A stretch of 26,419 bases of DNA from Paraspadella gotoi (lineage: Eukaryota; Animalia; Chaetognatha), in assembly GCA_051294375.1 (NCBI GenBank), contig CM119270.1, positions 9,997,387 to 10,023,805 on the forward strand, written 5' to 3'. How positions within the stretch are numbered: the stretch's first letter is position 1; each line of letters opens with the position of its first letter. The notes under the pieces were generated by a model, which saw only the letters and a program-made list of their open reading frames with translations, ran no database searches and was not told where the DNA came from. The position numbers were made by a program, and so were the translations under genes. This document shows positions 13,921 to 23,928 of the stretch, piece by piece.

Positions 13921-14776
13921 AAAAAGTTTGTATGTCAATTTCCTCACTTTGGCCCTGTCCCCTCATTCTGACAACTAATTCTGTCTCAACACTGTTGTTG
14001 GAAAGCAACTTTTACCCTTATCTCTCGCTCTTCTCTCTCTCCACTCCTTCTGTCAACAGTACTTGGAACGTACGTCGAAGCCTCCTCGTTTGTCTCCCCC
14101 GTCTTGTAGCTGGTACGGAAGAAGGGCCGTCCCAAACGTCCCCTCGAAGTGTCGCCGGAGTAGACGCGACGAAACTTGGGGCCGGTGGGCGAGCGCCGGA
14201 AGCATTGAGGCGTCGTGGAAACGAGACTCGTGATCGCCGATGGCCAGCGTCACGAGTGTGGTCGACAAGGTCGTCACGAATGTGGTACATGGAGTGACCA
14301 TCAGTCTGTCCACAAATGCTGGAGCCCAAGTCTATCACACATAACAGAGGCCATCACCATTGGCAGTCCGTAAGTGGTACTCCACAAGCCTAAACTTCGG
14401 CGGTGGGACCATCAAGCGGCTCGATAAGGCCAATGCCCTCACCCCACCGTCTCCACCACTGCTCACACCAAGCTCCCCACTCACCCGCTCACACACTCGC
14501 GATCGTAGACCCCCCGTCACGCTCCGCACTCCGACGTGACGGTACTGGGTGGCCTAACCTCGTAAAAGGCCATTTTTGGATGGGCTGAGAAAGTCTAAAG
14601 TCTATGGGCCTATGTATCTGGTGAAAAAGAGAAAAGGAGGAGTGTAATCTCCTAAGAAAGTAATAAAACACAATCTATCAAAGACAGGAAAATAGTAGAA
14701 CAAATGACACATGAAATAATGCAGAAAGAGGCGCCATATCCTCACACTTCTTATGCACAAATTTCAAACCAAACTG

Positions 14777-14830
14777 TCAAAACGCTGATGAAGGCTTGTA
14801 AAGCAAGTCGAAACATGTCTGTTCAATTGA
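14777..14830 (+). ncRNA. Minimal type I hammerhead ribozyme (Penelope-type)
   Basis: Core CUGAUGA 14785-14791 plus one extra A; stem II GGCUUGU/GCAAGUC 14793-14809; GAAA 14810-14813; 1-bp stem III closed by the palindromic loop CAUG; GUC cleavage triplet ending at 14819; stem I AACG/UGUU, extendable by UCAA/UUGA. Confidence 0.85.
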
Positions 14831-15092
14831 AATGAAATTCGTTGCAAACAAAAACTTTGTCAATTCTCTAAACAAGTCTAATTAAAATTTCACTTATTAT
14901 TTGTAAACAAAAAAAAATTGTTTGAAATTATTCTACCAATGAATTACATGACTAAAGAAAGTATTTTTATATGTCATAACCAGGGATGCTGGAGGCGCTG
15001 AATTTTGCCTGCCTTCGCTCCCCACCTCCCCAGACCCCCTCGCCTCCGGTTTTGCGTTCTAGTTATGGCGATTTCGCCTAAACTAAACTCAG

Positions 15093-16161
15093 TTTAGAGT
15101 TAGGGTTGAGTTGGTTTAGGGTTAGGGTTGAGTAGTTAGGTTAGGGTGAGTAGAGTTTTAGGGTTTTAAGAAGAGATTGAGTTAAGTTAAGTTTTTGTAC
15201 ATTTTTAGGCCTTAGTTAATTTAATGTCATTTTTTAGGGATAGGGGTGAGGGGGAAGGAAAAGTGTTGTTTGAATCGATCCAATAAGAAAGCCCGAACGG
15301 TTAGGAGTGAGGCTTAGGGTAAGGTACTGCTGGCGAGGGACATAGGTGATTGAGGGAAGAGCACGGAAGATGTACCGGAGGCCTGGGCCCGTTAGACGGG
15401 TTAATAAGAGGCTTAAGGTAAGAGAGGGCCCGCGTGGGATTATAATATCAAGGTGGATAGGGTTGAGGAGAGTTGAGAGGTTACGGAGACCCCAATTTGG
15501 GAAGGCTTGGTATTAAGGTTCTAGGGTATATGGGGGGGACCCGAGCGAACGCGCGAGGGTTGAATGCCCTCATAAGGCGTGGTAGCGGGTGGGTGTCTTG
15601 AGTTAGCTGGGGCGCGCACCACCGCATGCGGGAAGGCCGGGCCCGGGTTAGGAGGAGAGGGCATAGGAGTTGAAAGGGAGTGCTTGGCTTTAGGGTAGGG
15701 CTTGGGGCAGGACACCATGGTTTGTGCCACTCGAGGCGTAGTCAAAGGTTCGTGTTAGGGTTAGGGTTGAGCATACGGAGATGGGTTACAAAAGGGAAAA
15801 AAAAGGGCCCGGCCTGGGCCCACTGTACGGGTTAGGGAGAGGCATGGAAGATTGCAAACGGGAGGCATAGTTTAGGGTTAGGGTGGGGAGGGGCCCGTGG
15901 TTGATGCGATCAAAGGCAGTTAGGGTTAGGGTATTGAGGCACGGAGATGTACGGGGAGGCCCCCTCGGCCTGGGTTAGGGTTTAGGGGAGAGGCGCAGAG
16001 TTGAACGGAAGCTGGGTTAGGGTTGGGGAGGGGCCCGTGGTTGATGCATCAAAGGCGGTTAGGGTTGAGGCATGGAGATGTACGGGAGGCCCAGGCCCGG
16101 GTTAGGGTTAGGGGAGAGGCACAGAGTTAAACGGGAGGTTTGGTTTAGGGTTAGGGTTGGG
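15093..16161 (+). repeat. G-rich satellite (about 130-165 bp unit) interspersed with telomere-type TTAGGG monomers and dimers
   Basis: Many ggttagggttaggg blocks. Unit markers gggcccgtggttgatgc at 15891 and 16031 and ggagatgtac at about 15943 and 16074. Units become more degenerate toward the left. Confidence 0.85.
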
Positions 16162-16683
16162 AGAGGAGCCTGTAGGTGAATGTTCATCCCCGTGTTAGCT
16201 GCGCTTTTCATTATATTGCTACTTATTTATCACTGGCGAGGTCCGCCAGTGGGGCGACGTGGCGACATCGCCAAAAGCCCTGGAGTCGATGATCGCCATG
16301 GCAAATTTCGCAGAACCAACTAGAACCACACCTGCGAACTCGTGCGTGATCGCCGGCGACATGCGCTATTTGAATGAACTACAACTAAGAAGTCAAAAAT
16401 ATCATAGTCGTTAACTGAGTATTTTCACAACTATATATTTTGTTAATAGGGATTATAATTTTTTGATCGTTATTATTGAAAAGAGTTTAGCTTCATCGCG
16501 ACAAGTTTTTTTTCTTCTGAATAGGGGTAGCCCCTCTCAATGGGGTGAATCAAAAATTTAGTATGGGAACATGCTCAAACGAAAATTTATGCATTTTTAA
16601 GTTTACTTTCAACGTACAAAAAATTTCTTATATGGCTCTATAACCAAATATTTATTTTGTAATATTTTTTTATAGAAAGGAAA

Positions 16684-16915
16684 NNNNNNNNNNNNNNNNN
16701 NNNNNNNNNNNNNNNNNNNNNNNNNNNNNNNNNNNNNNNNNNNNNNNNNNNNNNNNNNNNNNNNNNNNNNNNNNNNNNNNNNNNNNNNNNNNNNNNNNNN
16801 NNNNNNNNNNNNNNNNNNNNNNNNNNNNNNNNNNNNNNNNNNNNNNNNNNNNNNNNNNNNNNNNNNNNNNNNNNNNNNNNNNNNNNNNNNNNNNNNNNNN
16901 NNNNNNNNNNNNNNN
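16684..16915. other. Assembly gap (232 N)
   Basis: Run of n. Confidence 1.
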
Positions 16916-17346
16916 TTTGATTATTCTTTATATAAACGAGAGAGACCTAATAATGTATTTCGTTGGCGGGAAAACTGTCCATGCCTCGGTGGCCATTTGT
17001 TCATTCTCTCCTCTTTTCATTTTGCTATTACACGCATTTTGGTTTGTTTTATTTACGATGAATGATTCATTGTGTCAATGATGATTATCATCGCATCAAT
17101 GAATGACTATTGAAGAGACAGTAATTATTGATAAGTGTTAAATGACAGAACCGTTCAATATAAGCAGTCCCTGAGCTTCGGATCAGGCTGTAACACCATG
17201 TTACAGGCGGGTTAAGCGCCCAGTCCCTCTTAACCTGACCAGACGACACGGGCTAGAACCCGGACCTTTGGGTTGGGAGGCGAATGATTTGCCTCTGGCA
17301 CAATGGCCGCTGATGAACGGTTGGTGGATTTCTTAGTCCACCATCA

Positions 17347-17359
17347 TCCCGCCCCTCCC
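17347..17359 (-). promoter_or_regulatory. Polypurine tract GGGAGGGGCGGGA
   Basis: Directly precedes the TG of the 3' LTR on the - strand. Confidence 0.75.
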
Positions 17360-17525
17360 ATAAGCGGAATTAGTTCTGTTGTAGTCTCTTCTGTGAATTG
17401 TTTGTTTGTTGGTGGAAAGTTCGTCAGCCAAGTTGTATGGAGCATGTCGCCTGATGTGTTGTGGCGAAAGTGCATCGCCAGGTTGAGGCATGTCGCCTGA
17501 AGTGTGTTGTTGGCTGTTGTGTTCG

Positions 17526-17543
17526 GAAGTCGGTATCAGACCA
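17526..17543 (-). promoter_or_regulatory. Candidate primer-binding site TGGTCTGATACCGACTTC
   Basis: Starts with TGG (complement of tRNA CCA) 1 nt downstream of the 5' LTR end on the - strand. I do not recognise the cognate tRNA. Confidence 0.6.
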
Positions 17544-17674
17544 ATGAAGAGTAATGATAAGTGTTAATGGAAGAACGTTCAATTAACAGATATCAAGTCG
17601 TCCTCTGAGCTTCGGAAGGCTGTAACACCATGTTACAGCGGGTTAAGCGCCCCATCCCTCTTAACTGCCAGACG

Positions 17675-17745
17675 ACCGGCCGGGCTAGAACCCCGGACCT
17701 TTGGGTTGGGAGGCGAATGACTTGCCTCCGGCACCAATGGCCGGT
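17675..17745 (-). promoter_or_regulatory. tRNA-derived Pol III type-2 promoter region in the 5' LTR (more degenerate copy at about 17245-17310)
   Basis: 71-nt segment closed by ACCGGCC/GGCCGGT (acceptor-like). A-box-like TGGTGCCGGAGG (17736-17725); B-box GGTTCTAGCCC (17692-17682) in a T-arm-like hairpin. The anticodon arm does not pair, so this is not a functional tRNA. Confidence 0.75.
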
Positions 17746-17777
17746 GATGAACGGTTGGTAGATTTTAGTCCACCATA

Positions 17778-17962
17778 CTATCATCGTATCAAATGAATGA
17801 TTATCATCATATCAATGAATGACTATCATCGCATCAAATCATTTGATTATCAATCACATCAGTCATTTTGTTATCATGCGCATCAATTATTGGTTATCAT
17901 CGCGTCAATATTTGGGTTATCATCGCATCAATATTTGGTTATCAATCGCATCAATATTTGGT
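17778..17962 (+). repeat. ~22-bp minisatellite (TATCATCGCATCAATgaatgac / atttggt)n; left remainder at about 17057-17110
   Basis: Tandem units are visible on both sides of the TRIM insertion. Confidence 0.85.
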
Positions 17963-19827
17963 TTACCCATCGAAAGCATGGTCGATCCTTATGCTTTTAA
18001 GATTTTTTTTATAAAAATATGTTAATAAAAAACCAATGGTAGCTGATAAACGCTTCAGAATTTAGCAATATCTAAATTTTAAAAAAAACAATTTTTGGAA
18101 TAATAGAAATGTTATAATTTGGCAAAAACCTTTTTATTTTCGCCTATAAAAACAAAAGCTCAAGAGGTGAAAGCGCAACGTTTTTTGCGCCTCCGCATTT
18201 GTCTCAAGTCCGAGTTCGCCACCTCAAAAAACATGCGCCTCCGCGCGTTTCTAGTCTGCCTCCCGGATCGCGTCTGCATCTCTGGTAATAACAAATATAA
18301 AATTTCTAAAGGAAGGAAGCGATGTGCACTCAAAACCGAAAACGATCGGGGCTAAAAAAGTAGGGATTGCACTCGAAATCGGGAGCGGGAGGGGTCTCGG
18401 GAAGCGCCGGATTGGCAGCGGTGGAAAATCGATCGCTTCCACGTCTCTGCGTGAGAACCAGCGTGAAAAAGCTAAAAGCCCTTTGGAGATTGAAAAATAA
18501 CAACAAGTAAATCTGCTTTTATATTTGTCGGTGAATATGACGATCAATTAAATTACGAAACCCGATAACTATCGAAAATACTGACATCCGAGTCGTAGAT
18601 TTACGATGCGATTATCGTGCGAGGTACTTTCACTTTGCATTTTATTGCTTTGCATTTTACTTGTCTTTTTGCATTTATTTGCATTGCTTTGTATTGCATT
18701 CATTTGCATTGATTTTAATTATTTGAAAGAAGTATTTGGCTCTTTATCAGAAAGATAGTCGGCAATCAGTTAACGTCATAACTCATTTAGGTTTAAATCG
18801 TGATCTAAGTCGTTCAGTCGGCAGATTCCTTTGTGAAACATTTTCACTCGTAAACGCGATGTGACGCGACGAGAAATAAAGAACACGATAAAAATTTCAA
18901 TATTAATAAAAAAAAATAATAATGTAAGCTCGGATCTTCTCACGGTCGGAATGATTTGAAAGGTTGAGACGCCGTCCACCGTCAAGAATAGGGAAAGATG
19001 AAAGAGAGAGAAAGTGTAGTATACGAAGTGTAATATAAGTGAGAGAGTTAGAGTGAGAGTGAGACTGAGAGAGTGATAATAATGGGGGTGAAAGTGTGTG
19101 AGTATAATTGGAGTGGAATTTGTTTTAAAGTAAAAAAAAATCTGGATCAATGGAAAAAAAGGATGAAAGCCAAGAATTAGGAAGAATAAAACGAGGATCA
19201 CATCGCGGGGAATTTGGAAAGACGATAATTTTAAAAGAAAGGTAAAATATTTAAGTAAAAAAACAAGAACAAATTTAAATAAAATTAATACAGAATAAAA
19301 TCTCTTTAAACAGAACAAAATATTTATAAGAATCCGAATAATGGCTAAACCAAAACCATTTTGAATTGAATAAATGCAACCAAACGTGAATTTTTTTTTC
19401 CGTTTCCTCTTTAAAAGTATGACTTTCTCTGTTTGCTGTGAAAAAGCCATTCGCTTGTGATAAAATAAAATAGCAGGGAGGATATACGATATACTGGCGG
19501 AGAGAACTCTTACTTACAAACGAGGATTTATGATTACATATAACGATACCGCGCCTCAGCCTCAGAACTCAGGGGGAGCGAGACGGTGGGGGGACAAAAC
19601 GACGAAAAAGGGGGGAGCAAAAACAAGGGGGCTTTTTTTCAAAGAGGGCGATAATCTGGGCGAACATCAGACGTCCAACTCGATTACGTACAACACGAAA
19701 ATTGTTCCTCTGTTTTTCTCCGATTTAGGGTCAAAAATATTGTGCCTTGGGGGATCGCGAGACCGCGAGGCAGCGGTGAAAGATTGACGGAGCGCTTGGG
19801 GAAGCGAGGGATAGAGGGAGGGAGAGT

Positions 19828-19947
<120 letters not shown>

Positions 19948-20120
19948 GCCGTGTTGGAGGATTGAGAAGTGGGGGGAGAAAGGTGAAGGCGGGGATGCGG
20001 TAGATGGTTTGGTAACGAAGGAAGAAAAGAAAGAAAAGATCATGGGAAGTAAAGTGTGGTAAAGAATTGAAGGAACAGAGAAGTTTATGGGAGTAGAATA
20101 GCCACGACGACGACGACCAC

Positions 20121-20212
<92 letters not shown>

Positions 20213-20224
20213 CGACGATGATGA
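20121..20224 (+). repeat. (GAT)n microsatellite with GAC variants
   Basis: Directly visible; gives the poly-Met and poly-Ile pseudo-ORFs. Confidence 0.98.
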
Positions 20225-20387
20225 TTATTCGTGCGGTTGGAAAATTTCCTGTTAAAATTTTAAAAGAGAAAATACCTATTTGTTTTCTCAAACTATTAAG
20301 ATTAAAAATCTCGAAAGTAAAAACGAAAGGAAAGACTTTTTGGATTTTTTTTTTCGGTCTCTTCGTTGCAGATCTCAATGTCTCAAT

Positions 20388-20424
<37 letters not shown>

Positions 20425-20544
20425 AGAAAGAAAGAAAGAAAGAAGAAAGAAAGAAAGAAGAAAGAAAGAAGAAAAAAGAAAGAAGAAAGAAGAAAGAAAA
20501 GAAAGGAAAGAAAGAAAGAAGAAAGAAAGAAAGAAGAAAGAAAG

Positions 20545-20574
<30 letters not shown>
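20388..20574 (+). repeat. (GAAA/GAA)n tract ending in poly(A)
   Basis: Directly visible. Confidence 0.95.
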
Positions 20575-20575
<1 letters not shown>

Positions 20576-20684
20576 GTAGTTCTCCGTGGCGACAGCTTCC
20601 CTCATCAATCATCACACGAAAAAAGCAACGAAATAAACTCGAAATCTCTTTTCTCAGAATGTTGTAACGAAAAATGGCGCGATT

Positions 20685-20721
<37 letters not shown>

Positions 20722-21505
20722 GACAGAGAGAGAGAGAGATAGAAACGAATTTATAAAGGTTGATTCTCGTCTAAATCAGCGATGGTGAAAAACGATTTTT
20801 GATCAACGGGAGGAAAACAGTGAGGCCGGAAAAAAAGGAAGAGAGTAAGAGTTTAAAAAACGACGTTTTTATTGTGGAAAAAGGAACTGCTTCGTTGGAA
20901 AACCCTAAAATGATAGAGTTGAAAGAAAAAAAGGGTAAGAAGTAAAATGAAATAAAGAAAAGCAGAACCTTTACTTGAGAATTGGATAATGTATAAGAAG
21001 GGAACAATGGAAGCCAAGAAAGGACAATTTTAATGAGTTGACAATTGGTTTGAAAGGGTTTCAAGAGTATGAAGGTAACAAGAAACCCCTAATATACGTT
21101 TTATACGAATAACAATAACATCGAAAAAACGATTCTATTCACGGTTTTATTTTTGGCATTCGATTCATCACCACTCTGATCAGTGATCACTTTCACACGC
21201 CGAACGACTTAGTAATGGGTGAACTTCGGATTTTCGACCCTGGCAGTTCGTGCCACTTTCTAAAATCCAAAACATTCCTAATAGCAAATAGATTCTGAAT
21301 ATCATCAGTATATCTTTCACACGATATCAGCCTCACTTATCAAGCCTAAACTGTGAATCAATCACATTTACTATTCATGTAAATCGAGTAAATTCTTTTT
21401 TAAATCGTTCTCTTTCTTCGATTGATGATCGAAATAAAAGATCGAAATAAAAAAGCGAATAGGATACGAAGCAATATAGTCGAGAGTAAAAACACGAGCG
21501 AAGTA

Positions 21506-22844
21506 CATGGTGACAATTTTACAAGCGCCGGTAGAAATACGTTGTCATTTGCAAACCAGTGGTTATTTCATTGATTTTAAAATTTAGTTGGGTAGAAAAT
21601 ACTAAAACTATTTATGTGTTAAAATTTTCTATTGATCAGTTAAGATATGCCGTGACAATGAGTGGAGAAAGTTGGCTTTTCAAATCGGGTGAGGAGACTT
21701 ACCACCGGTCTTTCTCTCTAAACCCTTCCTCTCTCCTCTTTCTCTGCCCTAGCTTTGACAATGACCTTAGATTGACCGGACACAGTAATAGGGCCGAGGC
21801 GACCGTAAGGTCAAGTTGGTTTGGACAATGTAAGAGAAGTAGAAAAGAAGTGAGACGAGCTCTCTCCTGATCCACTTTTATCATCGCCCGGACCAACTTT
21901 ACCTTAAGGTCGCCTCGGCCCTATTACTGTGTCCGGTCAATCTAAGGTCATTGCCAAAGCAAGGGCAAAGTGACCGTGTGGATAGACCGGCTCGGAGAAA
22001 GAGGAGAGAGGAAGGGTTTAGAGAGAAAGACCGGTGGTAAGTCGCCTCACGGGTTTCATTTTCCAACTCGCTGTTTTTATATTCAATTTTTTTTTGTAAC
22101 TTTAAGCACTTTTTTAAACAAAGTATTAATTAAAATATAATATAATAAATATAATAATAAATATAATATTAATATCCTCAGAAAGCCCTTAAAAATATGA
22201 AGAGAATTATATACTTACGAATACTGTAGTATAAAATTTAATTGGCCCAGCTTTAATTTAATTAGGATATTCAAAAACGAGACATCTTTTTAAAAATCAA
22301 TAGCTGGAGAGTAAATTTATAATTTTTATCAAATTGTGATTGGCTATCTTAAATCTTTTTTTCTCAGGCTTTTTCATGATACTTATATAAATAATAATAT
22401 TTTTGTTATAATAATTTAAACAGGTCATATATTTTGAAAAAAAGATTTAAAATTTTAAATAATTAACTTTTGACACTCTTAATTGAACCAAGGCTGGGTA
22501 GCTTACTTTTTAGGTTAGAACTTTCGTAAGTATATCAATCTCTTCATATTTTTAAGGGCTTTATGAGGATATTAATATTGTTAATATGTTAATAAGTACT
22601 TAGTTTAAAAAAGTGCTAAAGATTAAAAAAAATTGAATTTAACTGTGTTGGAAAATAAAACCCGATTTGAAAAGTCAACTTTCTCCACTCATTGTCAAGG
22701 CATATCTTAACTGATCAATATAAAATTTTAACACATAAATAGTTTTAATATTTTCTACTCAACTAATTTTTGAAATCAATGAAATAACCACTCGTTTGCA
22801 AATGACAGCATATTTCTACCGGCGCTTGTAAAATTGTCACCATG
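21506..22844. mobile_element. Tc1/mariner-type long-TIR MITE, copy 1 (TA TSD)
   Basis: ta|catggtgacaattttacaagcgccggtagaaata ... tatttctaccggcgcttgtaaaattgtcaccatg|ta. TIRs are about 330 bp (right arm about 22520-22844; left arm interrupted by a nested MITE). No transposase. Confidence 0.88.
21690..22049. mobile_element. Palindromic 360-bp MITE with TGAGG...CCTCA ends and 4-bp TSD CGGG
   Basis: Arms tgaggagacttaccaccggtctttctctctaaacc... and ...ggtttagagagaaagaccggtggtaagtcgcctca. CGGG at 21686-21689 and 22050-22053. The empty site aaatcgggtttcatttt is seen in host copy 2 (about 23747-23763). Confidence 0.88.
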
Positions 22845-23928
22845 TATTCACCGTACGTAGATACAGTGTAATTTTAGTTATTGTTCAATCGGTTGTAGTC
22901 TATATGCATATCGTATAGAATTTCGAGTCCTAACTTCGAATCAGAACCTCTCTCACCGCCAGAGACAACTGAAAAAAGAAAAGTGGAGTCGCGCGAGAGT
23001 TGGATCTCAGACTCAAAGATAAAGCGATTGAAGAATGAGATTGAAGGCGAGGGCGGAATAAGGGTTGGGGTGATCGTCAAGGATTTAATAATATTTCAGA
23101 TAAGATACATGTATACAATATTGTTAGTAATATTTTAATTAGCCTCCAATTTAGTAATTAACTTTCGTTCAAATTTTGTCTCTAAATTTTCTCAGTTCCA
23201 AAGTTTAATATTTCATAGATTCCCAGGAACTCAGCGCCTATTTTGTAAACATTTTGTCTAAGTAGAATAAACAAAGGAAGAGAGACGAGAGGGAGGCCGA
23301 GATTTTAGTACATTCCATTTTTAGATCTCAAGGGAGTAAGACGCAATATTTTAACAACCGTTTGATTTACTAATACAACTTTGGCAATCTACAATTATTT
23401 CAGGTAACTTCAAAAAATAAGACTAGTCAGTCATGTACCACCTAGCTCTCTATCTGTCATCTATTGAGGGTCACAGGTCACGTTACCGACAATATAATAC
23501 ATAAGAATGATAGCGAGTTAATTGATTATATTTTCATAATGCAGTTGTGAAAAAATTTGTAGAGGGGATACATGGGTGACAATTTTACAAGCGCCGGTAG
23601 AAATATGCTGTCATTTGCAAACCAGTGATTATTTCATTGATTTAAAAATTAGTTTGTAGAAAAATACTAAAACTATTTATGTATTTAAAATTTTATATTG
23701 ATCAGTTAAGATATGGCTTGACAATGAGTGGAAGAAGTTGGCTTGTAAATCGGGTTTCATTTTCCAACTCACTGTTTTTAAATTCAATTTTTTTAAACTT
23801 TTAGCACCTTTTTAAACAAAGTGTTTATTAAAATATTAACAATATTAATATCCTCAGAAAGCCCTTAAAAAATATGAAGAGAATGATATACTTACAAAAA
23901 GCTCTAACATAAAAAGTGAGCTGCCCAG

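Larger units (their letters stand above)
17111..17777 (-). mobile_element. TRIM-type non-autonomous LTR retrotransposon with tRNA-derived sequence in both LTRs (Helenus-like)
   Basis: Direct repeats 17111-17346 and 17545-17777 with TGAAG...CATCA ends (copy 2 lacks one C at its end); 198-bp non-coding interior. On the - strand a TGG-starting PBS-like site lies 1 nt after the 5' LTR and the polypurine tract GGGAGGGGCGGGA abuts the 3' LTR. Flanked by CTAT (17107-17110, 17778-17781) inside an interrupted minisatellite. Confidence 0.85.

Noticed and set aside
14777-16161. Telomere-associated Athena/Terminon-type PLE junction
   Set aside because: The repeats are G-rich on the ribozyme strand and scattered within a satellite rather than forming a pure telomeric tract; the nearby PLE has its own endonuclease.
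17255-17295. HDV-like ribozyme suggested by ggcgaatg
   Set aside because: I could not build the nested P1/P2/P3 pseudoknot; the segment is the antisense of the tRNA-like unit.
17310-17346. ctgatga followed by a hairpin (possible hammerhead)
   Set aside because: No GAAA or cleavage triplet follows, and copy 2 reads gtgatga.
17442-17482. Hammerhead-like string ctgatgt...gaaagtgcatc in the TRIM interior
   Set aside because: Core is CUGAUGU rather than CUGANGA, stems I and II are too weak, and it is antisense to the element.
17532-17540. ggtatcaga resembling a Met-i PBS on the + strand
   Set aside because: Lacks the leading T and lies before an LTR rather than after one; the PPT position fixes the - orientation.
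17675-17745. Functional tRNA gene
   Set aside because: The D and anticodon arms do not pair and the unit is embedded in duplicated LTRs, so it is treated as a tRNA-derived promoter.
22899-23138. Stop-free + frame (SPNFESEPLSPPETTEKRKVES...) as a possible host exon
   Set aside because: No recognisable domain, no start codon, weak splice context and no partner exons; cannot be supported without expression data.
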